From: Hyphomicrobium sp.
Lineage (GTDB): Bacteria > Pseudomonadota > Alphaproteobacteria > Rhizobiales > Hyphomicrobiaceae
Direction: 5' to 3'
Length of the DNA stretch: 64,000 nucleotides
Assembly: GCF_036780825.1 (NCBI RefSeq)
Contig: NZ_DAIQCD010000004.1
Location: 33,412 to 97,411 of the forward strand
The notes below the pieces were generated by a model. That model made no database searches. It saw only the letters and a list, made by a program, of their open reading frames with translations, and was not told where the DNA came from. Positions 40,505-51,827 of the stretch are shown here, piece after piece. Made by a program: the position numbers and the translations under genes. Numbering within the stretch: the stretch's first letter is position 1; the number at the start of each line of letters is the position of its first letter.

Positions 40505-40966
40505 ATGGCGGACCTTGACGACATCTACAATCAAAGGATTTTCGAGCTGGCGGCGGCGATCCCGCATTCCGACAGGCTCGAGCATCCGGATGCCTCCGCC
40601 CGCGCGCACTCGAAGCTGTGCGGCTCGACCGTCGAGATCGATCTGAAGCTCGACGGCGACCGCATCTCCGGCTTTGGCCAGTCGGTCAAGGCTTGCCTGC
40701 TCGGCCAGGCGTCGGCGGCGATCGTGGGCCGTGAGATCGTCGGCACGCAAGTCAGTGAACTCAGGGCCGTGGCGGCCGCCATGCGCGACATGCTGAAGGC
40801 CGGGGGGCCGCGGCCGCAGGGACGCTGGGCGGACCTCGGGCTACTCGAGCCGGTCAAGGATTATCCGCATCGCCACGCGTCGACGCTGCTGATCTTCGAC
40901 GCCATCGAGCGCGCGCTCGATGATGTGAACGCAGGCGCATCGCCGCGCGCTGCCGCGGGCGCCTGA
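40505..40966 (+). CDS. IscU/NifU_N-like scaffold-fold protein
   Basis: HSKLCGSTVEIDL, VKACLLGQAS. Confidence 0.85.
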   Translation: MADLDDIYNQRIFELAAAIPHSDRLEHPDASARAHSKLCGSTVEIDLKLDGDRISGFGQSVKACLLGQASAAIVGREIVGTQVSELRAVAAAMRDMLKAGGPRPQGRWADLGLLEPVKDYPHRHASTLLIFDAIERALDDVNAGASPRAAAGA

Positions 40967-40998
40967 CAGCCGGCGCGATCGAGGAGGACTTTGCAGCG

Positions 40999-41307
40999 AT
41001 GGGCTGGCTTGCGGCAATCGTCAAAGCGCCGATCCATGCCTATCGCTGGACGTTGAAGCCGCTGATGGGCGCCGAGTGCCGCCACCTGCCCACCTGCTCG
41101 GAATACGCGCTCGAGGCGATCGACAGGAATGGCCCATGGCGCGGCCTGTGGCTGACGCTGTCGCGGCTTGCCCGCTGCCATCCCTGGGGCAGCGCAGGCT
41201 ACGATCCTCCGCCCGATATCCGCGGCGAGCACCACCCGTTCGCGCCTTGGAAGTATGGGCGCTGGCGGCGCGACTGCTGCTCGCAGAATTGGCAACGGAA
41301 CGGCTGA
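40999..41307 (+). CDS. yidD: Membrane protein insertion efficiency factor YidD
   Basis: CRHLPTCSEYALEAI..RCHPWG..GYDP. Confidence 0.93.
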   Translation: MGWLAAIVKAPIHAYRWTLKPLMGAECRHLPTCSEYALEAIDRNGPWRGLWLTLSRLARCHPWGSAGYDPPPDIRGEHHPFAPWKYGRWRRDCCSQNWQRNG

Positions 41308-41512
41308 TTTCAGCAGGCAGGGTGGCAAGGCGCTCTCTTGCTCTTTCGCGCGCTTTCACATCGTAGTTTTGCGATCCAACGTCGCGATGCTCTTCGCCGT
41401 GTAAGCGCGGGCACTGGCTGCGACACGCCCATCTATTTTTTGATAGAGCAGGATGTCGGCTGGCGCGTGTGCGAAGCGGACCGGTTTTGCATTGTGCGCG
41501 CTTTCTCAGTGC

Positions 41513-41542
41513 TTGACAGATCTTGGTCAGTTGACCTATTTT
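41513..41542 (+). promoter_or_regulatory. Candidate promoter (TTGACA) with overlapping palindrome GGTCA-GT-TGACC upstream of tmd
   Basis: TTGACA at 41513-41518, palindrome at 41525-41536, followed by an AT-rich tract. Confidence 0.45.
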
Positions 41543-41899
41543 TTCGACATAAAGAAATAATGAGCGGGAGGAACTTGGTATGGCGCACACGGTCCGGTTC
41601 TAGTGTCCTGCGTTCGGAGCTCGCGTGAGTTTGCGGTTAGTCTCCGCGACGAACTTCGAAATCATAAGGGACGCGGGAACGTTTAAGTACGCGCTTGAAC
41701 GGTGAAGCAAACGCGCCGCGTCTGCCTCGCTGATTACGCTACCGCATAAAAAACAAAAACGAGAACTCCTCGGAAAACCCCGGTTTTCCGATGGCAGCCG
41801 CTCGGCCTCGCAAAGGAATTGCGCTTGCCGGCCTGGGTTCAGGACGAAGGGAGAGTCATGCCTTGCTCTCTGGAATTCTGAACAAGAAAAACGAGTTGA

Positions 41900-44197
<2,298 letters not shown>

Positions 44198-44370
44198 GGC
44201 CCCGATCCACACGCTTGCACACGCTTGAAAGATGAAAGCCGGCGGCGCTCTCGGGCGCCGTCGGCAGCGCGACGTATCTCCCCAATTTTGCAGACCTGCA
44301 CGGTCCAGCAGGACGAGTGTCTCGTCGAATGGATCCGAACTCCATCCACTCAAGGAAACAAGAGGAATTC

Positions 44371-44910
44371 ATGTCTGAGATTTGGTTCAGGACTGGCGAA
44401 GCCACGGTGTTCGCGTCTGAAGGCCAGGTGACCGATGCGATGCCGGAGGTCGTGATCGGCTCCGTCAAGGGCCCGGTCGGCACGGCGTTCGCCACGATGA
44501 TGGGCCAGTCCGCAGGTCACACGCGGATGTTCATCCTGCGCGACTGCAACCAGATGGTTCGCCCGGCGGCGATCATGACCTCGAAGGTGACCATCGCCAG
44601 CGCCGAGTACGTCGATCTTCTCGGCGGCGTGGTGCAGGCAGCGCTCGGCGACGCGATCGTCGATGCGGTGGCCAACGGCATCATCCCGAAGGACATTGCA
44701 AACGACGTGGCGATCATCACCACGGTGTGGCTCGATCCGCGGACGGCGACGGACGCGAACCTCGACAAGAAAGAGCTCTACAAGAACAACTACGAGGCCA
44801 TGACCACGGCGCTGACGCGGGCCATGAAGCAGGAGCCGACGGTTGACGAGCTGATCGCCAACCGCAAGACGATCCGCCACTACGCCCTGGCGGGCATCGA
44901 TATCGACTGA
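44371..44910 (+). CDS. fae: Divergent formaldehyde-activating enzyme family paralogue (Fae2/Fae3-like)
   Basis: FRTGEATV..DAMPEVVIGSVKGPVG, VRPA..SKVTI, NNYEA..RAMKQEPTVDELIANR; SD GAGG. Confidence 0.85.
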   Translation: MSEIWFRTGEATVFASEGQVTDAMPEVVIGSVKGPVGTAFATMMGQSAGHTRMFILRDCNQMVRPAAIMTSKVTIASAEYVDLLGGVVQAALGDAIVDAVANGIIPKDIANDVAIITTVWLDPRTATDANLDKKELYKNNYEAMTTALTRAMKQEPTVDELIANRKTIRHYALAGIDID

Positions 44911-44935
44911 GCTGCGGCTTCGTCTCAACACGTAT

Positions 44936-44971
44936 CGCCAGCCGGGCTCGCTCCCGGCTGGCGTTTGTTTT
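44936..44971 (+). terminator. Intrinsic terminator after the fae paralogue
   Basis: CGCCAGCCGGG-CTCGCT-CCCGGCTGGCG followed by TTTGTTTT. Confidence 0.85.
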
Positions 44972-45210
44972 GAGTAATGCGGGCGGATGCCCGATTGGTT
45001 CGATCGTTTGTTGATACTTAAAGTATTGAATAATATGATCTGCGGACAACGCTCGTCGAGCAGAACCTGCGCGCCCCCGAAGGCGTTGCTCCAGCACCGC
45101 ATCCAGGTCAGGCACGGCTTGTTTGATCGTTGCCCTGGATTTGACAAGGCGCTGTCATTGAGTGCCATCGGGACGGCCGCAAGACGCAGGCCTGGATCAA
45201 GAGAGAGAAG

Positions 45211-45555
45211 ATGATGTTCATTGCCATGAATCGCTTCAAGGTCATGAAGGGCGCGGAGGCCGATTTCGAGAAGGTCTGGCTTTCGCGCGAAAGCCACCTC
45301 GATGAACTGCCGGGCTTTATCGAGTTCCACCTGCTCAAAGGGCCGGAGCGCGATGATCATGTTCTTTACGCCTCGCACACGATCTGGCGCTCGAAGGCCA
45401 ACTTTGAGGCGTGGACCAAATCGGAGCAGTTCCGCAAAGTTCATGCCGGCGCAGGGGCGACCAAGCCGCTCTATCAAGGCCATCCGGAGTTTGAGGGGTT
45501 CACCGTTCTGCAGACTGTGGCCCAGGACGGAACACGGAGCGTTGCTGCCGAATGA
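45211..45555 (+). CDS. ABM-family monooxygenase (IsdG/HmuQ-like heme-degrading)
   Basis: FIAMNRF (Asn), YASHTIW, WTKSEQFRKVH (His). Confidence 0.8.
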   Translation: MMFIAMNRFKVMKGAEADFEKVWLSRESHLDELPGFIEFHLLKGPERDDHVLYASHTIWRSKANFEAWTKSEQFRKVHAGAGATKPLYQGHPEFEGFTVLQTVAQDGTRSVAAE

Positions 45556-45655
45556 GCGTAAGGCGGCACGGGGACAGAGATCTCAGTGCAGGGCGATCCG
45601 GCCTCCGTCTCGACCGGCAGCAGCTCGAGCGTAAGGGACATGCGGACATGCGGGG

Positions 45656-46834
45656 TCATGGGAGTGTGAGACGCGCGCTCAAAATGGGGCGCGGGACCGG
45701 ACGGCGCAGGGCTGGAACATAGGTGCAAAGGAAAAGCATCCAGCCCGTCATCCAAAAGATGGCGGCCGTGCGGATTGGATCGGGCAGCCCTGAGGGTATG
45801 ACGGGCGTCAAGACGCGCAGCAGGGCCGATAGCCAGACCAGAGCAAAGGCGAGCGCCAGCCGCCGGCCCAACGCAAGCCTATCGTCCCTGCGTGCCATGA
45901 CCGAGCGCGCCATGATCGCGAGGATCATCGTTCCCATCGCGCCCATGGTCAGCGCGTGGATGGCGGCCGGCGCCGCGCTCCATTCGGGGTGCAGCATGGC
46001 CAAACCGAGGAGCAGCAATCCCGCCGGCAACCAGATCCAAGCCAGATGCAATAGGAGGAGTGCGGGGTAGCGGCGCACGCTCCAAGTCTGCCAGCCGAGA
46101 AGTCTCGCGATCTGGAGCGCTCCTGACAGAATGAGCAGGAGCCCTGCCGCCCTGTGAGCTTCGGCAAAGGCGAGAAGACCGCCACAGACGAGCGCTCCCA
46201 AGCTCAGAACGGACAGGACAGGGCTGTCCCGCATGAGGCTCGGCGCGGTCTGTCTCTCGAGCCAGCTTCTGGTGAAGGCTGGCACGGCGCGGCCGCCGAC
46301 GAGGCAAATCAATAGCGCAAACCCAAGGACCGCTTCCGTTGCCCCGGCCGACGCGACCCCATCTTCACGCAGGCGAGCGAGATAGAGGAGATCGCTCGCA
46401 ATCAGCATCAGCAGCGCGAGTGCAAGATAGGCCTTGGACCAGATCCGCCGCGTGAGTGTGTGCCAAGCGACGAGGGCCGCGAGCGTTGCGAGGTACGCTT
46501 GTGTTCCCGCTGTCAGGAGGATGTCGGGCAGCGTATCCGCCCGAAGAAAGCTCAGACGCGACACGGCCCATAGGATGCACATGGCCACTGTGAGACTTGG
46601 CGCGATGGGGCCGTGCTTTGTCCAGGCGGGTAAAGAGGTGAGCAGATAGCCGCCGATGGCTGCGCCACCCATGCCGAACAGCAACTCGTGCAAATGCCAC
46701 GCGACCGGCTCGGGCCCTACTCCGTAGGGAAGGAGCCATACGGCGGGCACTGCCAAGGCCGTTAAAGCCGCGAGCAGGAACAGGGGCCGATGTGGCGTGT
46801 GCCAGAATGGGCGGTCCTGCTGCACGTTCCTCAT
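45656..46834 (-). CDS. nnrS: NnrS family membrane protein
   Basis: PHRPLFLLA, WHLHELLFG..GYLLT..W, HALTMGAMGTMIL. Confidence 0.88.
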   Translation of the reverse strand: MRNVQQDRPFWHTPHRPLFLLAALTALAVPAVWLLPYGVGPEPVAWHLHELLFGMGGAAIGGYLLTSLPAWTKHGPIAPSLTVAMCILWAVSRLSFLRADTLPDILLTAGTQAYLATLAALVAWHTLTRRIWSKAYLALALLMLIASDLLYLARLREDGVASAGATEAVLGFALLICLVGGRAVPAFTRSWLERQTAPSLMRDSPVLSVLSLGALVCGGLLAFAEAHRAAGLLLILSGALQIARLLGWQTWSVRRYPALLLLHLAWIWLPAGLLLLGLAMLHPEWSAAPAAIHALTMGAMGTMILAIMARSVMARRDDRLALGRRLALAFALVWLSALLRVLTPVIPSGLPDPIRTAAIFWMTGWMLFLCTYVPALRRPVPRPILSARLTLP

Positions 46835-47131
46835 GAGGGCTGTGTGGAGGGCGACCGGCCGCCTTCCTTCGCTGAGCCTGCCCCGCATTGCGAGCGGGAC
46901 CAGTCCGCTTTTCTACTGCGTCCTCACCAGAGCGCCAGATGTCTTTAAAGCGTGCGAGCAGGCACGTAAGCGGTATGAGGTGGCGGGCGGAGAGCGATGA
47001 AACAGAGAACTACGTTTACGCTATTCCCCTCCCTAGCCCTCCTTAAAGCGGCCATGACAACCGATGGGGCCTCGTTCGGACAGAGCTTTGAGATTCCCCC
47101 TGGCGCTTAGCGCAACTTTGGCATATTCATT

Positions 47132-47151
47132 ATCTCAATGATTCTTGAGAT
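47132..47151. promoter_or_regulatory. Probable ArsR operator
   Basis: Perfect inverted repeat ATCTCAA-TGATTC-TTGAGAT 12 bp before the arsR ATG. Confidence 0.75.
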
Positions 47152-47163
47152 GTTGAAGTTGCG

Positions 47164-47526
47164 ATGAACGAGAAGCAAGCCCTTAACGCCTTCGCCGCAC
47201 TCTCGCAGGAGACGAGACTCCGTATCGTCCGGTTGCTGGTGACCGCTGGCCCGGAAGGCATGTCGGCTGGAGCCATCGGCGAAGCGATGGATGGCGCGTC
47301 GTCGTCTCGTATGTCGTTTCACCTGAGCCATCTCGAACAGGCCGGACTTGTCGTGTCCCGCCGTGAGGGACGGTCGATCATCTACAGCGCTGCGCTGGCC
47401 ACGCTTTCCGGTCTCGTGGAATTCCTCATGCGCGATTGCTGTCAGGGCCACCCGGAAGTCTGCAATCCGGCAATGGCGGCGCTGTCCTCCTGTTGCGACC
47501 CCACGAAAGGCAGGTCCCATGTCTGA
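47164..47526 (+). CDS. arsR: As(III)-responsive ArsR (C-terminal CC..C type)
   Basis: FAALSQETRLRIVR, SFHLSHL, As-binding DCCQGHPEVC. Confidence 0.92.
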   Translation: MNEKQALNAFAALSQETRLRIVRLLVTAGPEGMSAGAIGEAMDGASSSRMSFHLSHLEQAGLVVSRREGRSIIYSAALATLSGLVEFLMRDCCQGHPEVCNPAMAALSSCCDPTKGRSHV

Positions 47527-47749
47527 TGGACAAGAGCACCGCGTCTTCAACGTCCTATTCCTCTGCACCGGTAATTCGGCGCATCCTATCCTGATCAACC
47601 GGCCTGTCGTCGTCAGCCCGAGGGGCGTCAAGCTCTGCCGACCGTCCGAGGACGTGCTCGGCCTGTTGCCGCCGCAGTGCGGCGCGTTCGTCAAGGAAGA
47701 TGGCGAGCGCGTGATCGACGAACACGGCCGGCGCGTCGCAACGGCCTGA
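47519..47749 (+). pseudogene. arsC: In-frame chimera: first 21 aa of an LMW-PTP-type ArsC fused to the last 55 aa of a glutaredoxin-type ArsC
   Basis: FNVLFLCTGNSA|HPILINRPVVVSPRGVKLCRPSE; junction at GCG 47579-47581. Confidence 0.85.
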
Positions 47750-47758
47750 GGGAATTGC

Positions 47759-48814
47759 GTGTCCACCTTCGAACGCTACCTCACCCTTTGGGTCGCCCTG
47801 TGCATCGTTGTCGGCATCGCGCTTGGCCACTTCCTGCCTGGCGTGTTCCAGATGATTGGCTCGGCAGAGATCGCCAGCGTCAACCTGCCGGTGGCGGTGC
47901 TGATCTGGCTGATGGTCATCCCTATGCTGCTCAAGATCGACTTCGCAGCATTGGGCGAAGTCGGCCGCCACTGGCGGGGCATCGGCGTGACGCTGTTCAT
48001 AAACTGGGCGGTAAAACCGTTCTCGATGGCGCTGCTGGGCTGGCTGTTCATCGGCTGGCTGTTCCGGCCGTATCTGCCGGCGGATCAGATCGACAGCTAT
48101 ATTGCCGGCCTCATCATTCTTGCCGCCGCGCCATGCACGGCCATGGTGTTCGTCTGGTCGAACCTCACAAAGGGTGAGCCGCATTTTACATTGAGTCAGG
48201 TTGCCCTAAACGATGCCATCATGGTCGTCGCCTTCGCGCCGATTGTCGGGCTGCTGCTGGGCCTGTCAGCGATCACGGTGCCATGGGGTACGCTGGTTCT
48301 GTCCGTCGTGCTCTACATCGTCATTCCCGTCATCATCGCGCAGATCATTCGTCGCCGGATGCTGACGCTCGGCGGGCAAGCTGCACTCGACAGGCTACTC
48401 GCAAAACTCGGCACGGCTTCCCTTGTGGCGCTGCTGACGACGCTTGTTTTGCTGTTCGGATTTCAGGGCGAACAGATCATCGCGCAGCCGATGATCATCG
48501 GCCTGCTTGCCGTGCCAATCCTGATTCAGGTCTATTTCAATTCCGGCCTTGCCTATCTGCTCAACCGGATGGCCGGCGAGCAGCATTGCGTCGCTGGCCC
48601 CTCGGCGCTGATCGGGGCGTCGAACTTCTTCGAACTGGCGGTTGCTGCCGCCATCAGCCTGTTCGGGTTTCACTCGGGCGCGGCGCTCGCCACTGTTTTC
48701 GGTGTGCTAATCGAAGTGCCGGTGATGCTCTCGGTCGTCTGGATCGTAAACCGCTCCAAAGGCTGGTATGAGCGCGGTGGCAAAGTATCAGAACTCGCGA
48801 AAGAGCAGCGTTGA
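47759..48814 (+). CDS. acr3: Arsenite efflux pump Acr3
   Basis: [43 protein letters not shown]. Confidence 0.96.
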   Translation: MSTFERYLTLWVALCIVVGIALGHFLPGVFQMIGSAEIASVNLPVAVLIWLMVIPMLLKIDFAALGEVGRHWRGIGVTLFINWAVKPFSMALLGWLFIGWLFRPYLPADQIDSYIAGLIILAAAPCTAMVFVWSNLTKGEPHFTLSQVALNDAIMVVAFAPIVGLLLGLSAITVPWGTLVLSVVLYIVIPVIIAQIIRRRMLTLGGQAALDRLLAKLGTASLVALLTTLVLLFGFQGEQIIAQPMIIGLLAVPILIQVYFNSGLAYLLNRMAGEQHCVAGPSALIGASNFFELAVAAAISLFGFHSGAALATVFGVLIEVPVMLSVVWIVNRSKGWYERGGKVSELAKEQR

Positions 48815-49530
48815 TGTCTGACGATCTTCCCAATCTCGATGCCGCTTGCGTTGATATTCCTGGCATAGACCGGCTGCGTGCAGCAACGCCGTCTACCCAT
48901 CCACCGCGTATCCTGCTGCTTTACGGCTCGCTTCGCGAACGATCCTACAGCCGTTTCCTGACATTCGAGGCCGAGCGTCTGCTGAAACATTTCGGGGCGG
49001 AAACACGTATCTTCGATCCGTCCGGCCTGCCGCTGCCGGATGGCGCTCCCGTCGATCATCCCAAGGTGCAGGAACTGCGCGACCTCTCGCTCTGGTCGGA
49101 GGGCCAGGTCTGGACCAGCCCCGAGCGACATGGTGCGATGAGTGCCGTCATGAAAGCCCAGATCGACTGGATTCCGCTCTCAGTCGGCGCAATCCGCCCA
49201 ACGCAGGGCCGGACCCTCGCGGTGATGCAGGTATCGGGCGGCTCGCAGAGCTTCAACGCGGTCAACCAGATGCGCGTGCTCGGCCGCTGGATGCGGATGA
49301 TGACGATCCCCAACCAGTCCTCCGTCGCCAAAGCGTATCAGGAGTTCGATGAAGCTGGCCGGATGAGACCGTCCTCCTATTATGACCGGGTGGTCGATGT
49401 GATGGAGGAACTGGTCAAGTTTACGCTGCTGACGCGCGACGTATCGCTCTACCTGACGGATCGCTATTCCGAGCGAAAGGAAAGCACCGAAGCTTTGGCG
49501 CGGCGGGTGAGCCTGACGGCGGCGACCTGA
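48814..49530 (+). CDS. arsH: Organoarsenical oxidase ArsH
   Basis: [35 protein letters not shown] coupling with acr3. Confidence 0.96.
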   Translation: MSDDLPNLDAACVDIPGIDRLRAATPSTHPPRILLLYGSLRERSYSRFLTFEAERLLKHFGAETRIFDPSGLPLPDGAPVDHPKVQELRDLSLWSEGQVWTSPERHGAMSAVMKAQIDWIPLSVGAIRPTQGRTLAVMQVSGGSQSFNAVNQMRVLGRWMRMMTIPNQSSVAKAYQEFDEAGRMRPSSYYDRVVDVMEELVKFTLLTRDVSLYLTDRYSERKESTEALARRVSLTAAT

Positions 49531-49679
49531 CCAGTATTGTAACGGCGCGGCCACTGTTGTCGTGCTGTGGCGGGCTATCGGCGGCAATTCGCATTATCGC
49601 GTGCAATCGGCGGTGTTTGGCGGGCCATGCGGGATAGCGATGAGAACGATATCTACTCCATAGCCCTCTATTACCCTCC

Positions 49680-49945
49680 CAAATAAGCGGTCGATCGGAC
49701 GCTTCTTCATCCGTGACGGGTTGTTGGGGATGATCGCGACAGCGCCAGCCTTGGTGATGGCCTCGCGGAAGTGATTTGCGCCGTAGGCGGCATCGGCCAG
49801 CCGCCCGTCGGGCCGATCCTCACCGAGCAGGGCAGCAGCCTGGGGCGCATCGCCGCGCTGACCGGCGGTCAGGATGATCCTGGCCGGGCAGTCAAGGCTG
49901 CGCACGGCCAGGTGGATCTTGGTGCTAAGGTCGCCGCGGGAGCGG
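49680..49945 (-). mobile_element. Internal fragment of an IS5-family transposase
   Basis: RSRGDLSTKIHLAV..RIILTAGQRGDAPQA..ADAAYG..AIIPNNPSR; N- and C-termini missing; no inverted repeats found. Confidence 0.8.
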
Positions 49946-50041
49946 ACAATATACTGAATTATCAGACATTTTTGCGCCTACTGCGTGTCGGTGGGCCTGC
50001 GCGATGGTCCTGTCGAAGGTCAGGTAGCGAACTCCTTGCCG

Positions 50042-50950
50042 CTACGCCTCCGGCTCGCGAGGGAACGCAGCCAGCACCGTGTCGATGAAGTGCCGCAGCT
50101 TGGGCGTCATCCGGCGATCCTGCGCATAGAGAAGATGCATAGGGCGGGAAGGCCCGTCGTAGTCGGCAAGAACCTGAACCAAACGACCGGCTGCGATGTC
50201 GTCGCGCAGCGCAACCATTGGCCCGAGCGTCACTCCAAAGCCGACCAGCGCCGCATGGTGAAGGCCCTTCCAGTCATTCGCCCTCAACCTGCCATGGACG
50301 GGTATACGAAACAGCGTGCCTGCTTTCCGGAAAGTCCATTCACGCGCCATCGCCTGCGACCAGTAACTGAAGCCTAGGCATTCATGCCGGCTCAGATCGT
50401 CAGGTGTGGCGGGGACGCCGCGCTCTTCGAGATAGCCAGGTGCGGCGCAGGCAATCAATTTATAAGGGCTGAGCTCTCGCGCGCTAAGTGCGCTGGTTTC
50501 CGAAAGTGGACCGATACGGATCACGGCTTCGAAGCCGTCCTCGACCAGATCAACCAACCGATCTGACAAGACGACGTCCGCTTGTACTTCGGGGTTCTCC
50601 ACAAGATATCGGGTGATGACCGGGAGGAGCGCATGGGTACCGAACGTCACGGGAGCATTGATCCGCAAGACGCCCCGCGCAACCTTGCGGACTTCGGTCG
50701 CCTCGGCTTCTGCGTCCTGGATATCGCCAAGGATCGTCCGGCAGCTTTCACAGTAGCGCTGACCGAATTCGGTCAGGCTCTGCCGCCGTGTGGTGCGGCT
50801 GATCAGGCGCAGGCCGAGGCGGCTTTCAAGAGCGGCAACATGCTTTGCCACCATCTGCGGCGATACTCCGAGGCTCTCAGCCGCTGCGGCGAAGGAGCCT
50901 AGTTCTGCCGCCTTGACGAAGGCGGCCATGCTTTCGAGCCGGTCAGGCAT
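50042..50950 (-). CDS. LysR family regulator (CrgA/DmlR-like)
   Basis: GSFAAAA..SPQMVAKHVAALE..RLISRTTRRQSLTE; DLVEDGFEAVIRIG. Confidence 0.93.
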   Translation of the reverse strand: MPDRLESMAAFVKAAELGSFAAAAESLGVSPQMVAKHVAALESRLGLRLISRTTRRQSLTEFGQRYCESCRTILGDIQDAEAEATEVRKVARGVLRINAPVTFGTHALLPVITRYLVENPEVQADVVLSDRLVDLVEDGFEAVIRIGPLSETSALSARELSPYKLIACAAPGYLEERGVPATPDDLSRHECLGFSYWSQAMAREWTFRKAGTLFRIPVHGRLRANDWKGLHHAALVGFGVTLGPMVALRDDIAAGRLVQVLADYDGPSRPMHLLYAQDRRMTPKLRHFIDTVLAAFPREPEA

Positions 50951-50951
50951 T

Positions 50952-50984
50952 CAACACCATTGGTTGTTTCTGTACGGTAGAAAC
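50952..50984. promoter_or_regulatory. Probable LTTR binding sites in the LysR/YciI divergent promoter
   Basis: CAAC-N7-GTTG (50952-50966) followed by GTTTCT-N7-AGAAAC (50966-50984), abutting the LysR ATG. Confidence 0.55.
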
Positions 50985-51046
50985 TACGATTTATCATTAC
51001 TGTTTGCCAATGTTAGTCGTGCCTTCGCAATAAAAGGACATCGATC

Positions 51047-51445
51047 ATGGCATTCTATATCGTCACCATGTCTCATCCCGACGGACCGGAATGGAACCGT
51101 CACGTCGCTGAACATGTCGAATATCTGCTGGAACTGGTCGAGAAGGAAAAGCTGAAGGCCTCCGGCCCGCTGAAGGGATCGCCGTTGCGGTCAGGCTTTC
51201 TGATCATAGTCGCGAACAGCAGGACGGAGGTCGAAGCCCTGATCGAAGAAGATCCCTTCAGCCGGGAAAAACTGATCGTGTCGCTCTCCATTGAAGAATG
51301 GGATCCACTCTTCGGCGTCTTCGGCGAAGAATCCAGCAGAACTCTGCCGCCGGACCTCAATGCGATTGCCGAAAAACTTGGGTACGCCTGGGGTCGGCTC
51401 CCCGGTGCCGATCCACGCGACCCTGATCTAGGGCGGACAATGTGA
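51047..51445 (+). CDS. YciI family protein
   Basis: HVAEHVEYL..ASGPL..GFLII..DPF; SD AAGGA. Confidence 0.85.
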   Translation: MAFYIVTMSHPDGPEWNRHVAEHVEYLLELVEKEKLKASGPLKGSPLRSGFLIIVANSRTEVEALIEEDPFSREKLIVSLSIEEWDPLFGVFGEESSRTLPPDLNAIAEKLGYAWGRLPGADPRDPDLGRTM

Positions 51446-51689
51446 TAGCGCGCTCAGCCCTGCTCGATCTGCAAAGTGCGGGCTGCAAGTTTGAAAGCAA
51501 CGCCGCGCCGGCCTCGGTGGGCGCGACGGATCGAGTCAGCGCGCCAGAAGCCGCACTCCTAGGCGCTCCTCCAGTCATCGCATCGCGTGGCGGAGTGTAG
51601 GAAGGGTGATACTCCGAGATCGGCCGCAGCAGTAGTAAAGCTCTGGCGGCGCACGACGGCGGCAAAAGCGGTCCGATCGTTGAGTGAGG

Positions 51690-51775
51690 TGCGAGTCATT
51701 CCTAGCAGAAACCTTGCTCGATCAGGTCGTGGCCCCGGTGATCTACCGGATATTGTTCACCAAAACCGCTCCAGC
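51690..51775 (+). pseudogene. Probable C-terminal relic of a TetR-family regulator
   Basis: LAETLLDQVVAPVIYRILF resembles the TetR C-terminal helix; no intact start or HTH upstream. Confidence 0.4.
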
Positions 51776-51827
51776 TGCCTGGCGCCGATTACGGCGCAGG
51801 GCTTTTCCGCGCCAGCCTCGCGCGGGG

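Noticed and set aside
41821..41845. GCCTGGG resembling the 3' end of a ZTP (pfl) riboswitch
   Set aside because: The required 5' elements (GACTGGCG, CCACCGGGGAG) are not present upstream.
45142..45157. TGACA-N6-TGTCA as an iron-regulator box before the ABM gene
   Set aside because: Spacing does not match the RirA, Irr or iron-Rhodo consensus, and it may simply be the -35 element.
51380..51445. C-terminal tail of YciI as a novel domain
   Set aside because: About 20 low-information residues; more simply a lost stop codon or a variable tail.
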